Virus record (IMG/VR): IMGVR_UViG_3300021091_000011 | Source of the DNA: a virus | Lineage: Duplodnaviria; Caudoviricetes | Length of the DNA stretch: 64,000 nt | Reading direction: 5' to 3' (one strand) | Shown here: positions 62,771-64,000 of the stretch, piece by piece | Numbering within the stretch: the first letter of the stretch is position 1 | Layout: each line of letters begins with the position of its first letter | The notes under the pieces: model-generated | The model's database searches: none | What the model saw: the letters and a program-made list of their open reading frames with translations, nothing else | Told to the model about the DNA's origin: nothing | Program-made: the position numbers and the translations under genes

Positions 62771-64000
62771 TCAGAAAATCAGCCCACCCATGACGATCTC
62801 GTTGACCTTCTCCTGTTCGGGCAGGTCATCAGCACGGACATTGTCCAATGCCGCGTTGTGCAGGCTGAACTCATTGGGATCAAAACGCGGCGCGAACAAA
62901 GACGCCGTGTGCTCGGCATCGTTGCTATTGGCTTGCTTAATCGTCGCAGCCTTCGCACGGCGAAGTTCATTCGCGTCGAAATCAGACGCCCTGACGATCA
63001 TCTTGTTGTAGACCGAGCAGCGCGTAGAACCGTCGGGCAAAGCATTAGCCATCGCGCAAGAGCCGCAACGGTCCATGCCCAACACCATCTTGACCTGATT
63101 CGCGCGATGCTTGAGGCCACCGTCCTCGCAGCCTTTTACGCCGCCGTCTTTCGAGGCGTAAACCGAAGCGTCGATGTATCTGAAGCCCGCCAAGCCCTCG
63201 TGCAAAGCACGAATCTTGGCGATGTTACCGTTGGCTTCTTTGAGCAGCGCGTCCGTGAACCGACTGCGAATAGCGTCGTCGAGATTCTTGCCCGCGAAGC
63301 CTTCGTTCATGGCGCGGCGAACCCAACCGACGGTTCCCGCTACCTTTTGCACGAGTCCAATCTCAGAGCCGACCTTAGCCAAGCGCACGTCACGGTCACC
63401 CGTGTCTTTTGCGACGCGAACCTCACGGGGCTTGTCAGTCAAGTGACCTTGCACGATGGGCGCGAGCATACGAACCGCAGCGACGCGCTCCGAAGGTTCA
63501 AAAGAAGTCTCGATCTTGTGGCGTAAGAACTCGCCGCTGAGACCACCTTCGACAGCCTTAGCGATTTTCGCAACCTTCGCTTGGATTTTCGCCAAACGAT
63601 TATTTTCATGCGCCTTGTCAATCGCGGCGACGTTAATCTCGCGTTTGCCAAGCGTCCTGATATCGGAAACAGAGCCTACGGTTTCTGTGGCGATGCGCGT
63701 TTGCCGCGCATCGTCCTGAAGCGCATTTTTGACGATGGGCGCAAGTAACTTGGCGGCTTCGGCTTGCTCGCTAGGCGCGAACATCGAAGCGACACGACGC
63801 ATTAGGATCGTGCCCTTTTCGCCGGATTCAACGCGGACCTTGATCGCCTCAACTTTGGCGACGACCGAACGGCGATTGCGATTCTCAAAGGCTTCCGCAG
63901 CGGCGTGCTCATTGAAGTTCGACTTGCCGAGTCGCTTGATTTCGCCGTCATGCGTCGGCACGTTGCTATTAGCAACACGCTTCGCAGGTCCAGCTAAGAA
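62771..64000 (-). CDS. Partial large head-associated hypothetical protein (start outside the window)
   Basis: The frame stays open from the track's GTG at 63961 to the window edge (FLAGPAKRVANSNV...); contains internal repeats and a Cys-rich C-terminal domain. Confidence 0.8.
   Translation of the reverse strand, partial: FLAGPAKRVANSNVPTHDGEIKRLGKSNFNEHAAAEAFENRNRRSVVAKVEAIKVRVESGEKGTILMRRVASMFAPSEQAEAAKLLAPIVKNALQDDARQTRIATETVGSVSDIRTLGKREINVAAIDKAHENNRLAKIQAKVAKIAKAVEGGLSGEFLRHKIETSFEPSERVAAVRMLAPIVQGHLTDKPREVRVAKDTGDRDVRLAKVGSEIGLVQKVAGTVGWVRRAMNEGFAGKNLDDAIRSRFTDALLKEANGNIAKIRALHEGLAGFRYIDASVYASKDGGVKGCEDGGLKHRANQVKMVLGMDRCGSCAMANALPDGSTRCSVYNKMIVRASDFDANELRRAKAATIKQANSNDAEHTASLFAPRFDPNEFSLHNAALDNVRADDLPEQEKVNEIVMGGLIF

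Noticed and set aside
1-64000. Stop-codon recoding (alternative genetic code)
   Set aside because: Long ORFs tile the window under the standard code, TAA, TAG and TGA all end coupled genes, and no suppressor tRNA was found.

Overview
The window is a 64-kb slice of a large tailed dsDNA phage, probably a myovirus. It is densely coded, mostly on the minus strand, with the standard genetic code. It holds a head-assembly block (prohead protease 51123-52541, acidic scaffold 49591-51120, decoration protein, major capsid protein 47929-48804) and baseplate/tail/fibre genes. Enzymes include three peptidoglycan hydrolases, an SNF2 helicase, a topoisomerase IB fusion, an Ntn-hydrolase and an intein-containing HAD/CCA-adding-enzyme fusion. 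A minus-strand RNA cluster (40.0-44.2 kb) has 10 intact tRNAs, none encoding CCA and one (Leu-UAA) split by a group I intron, plus two or three defective tRNAs, a ~690-nt GOLLD-like RNA and two further structured RNA candidates. The most striking pattern is an apparent capsid-cargo system. Unrelated late proteins share a portable ~30-aa helical tag or a shorter RVAxR[YF] tag, and their domains are separated by [KR]-x-A|[SAG] linkers that also fill the scaffold, so they are likely prohead-protease sites. Small early genes are each driven by a near-invariant 20-bp element, often in ~97-bp back-to-back palindromic cassettes that look like recombination points for gene shuffling. A separate 14-bp motif (CTAANNCGGCTATC) precedes late genes. 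All family assignments come from motif recognition by eye; no database searches were run.
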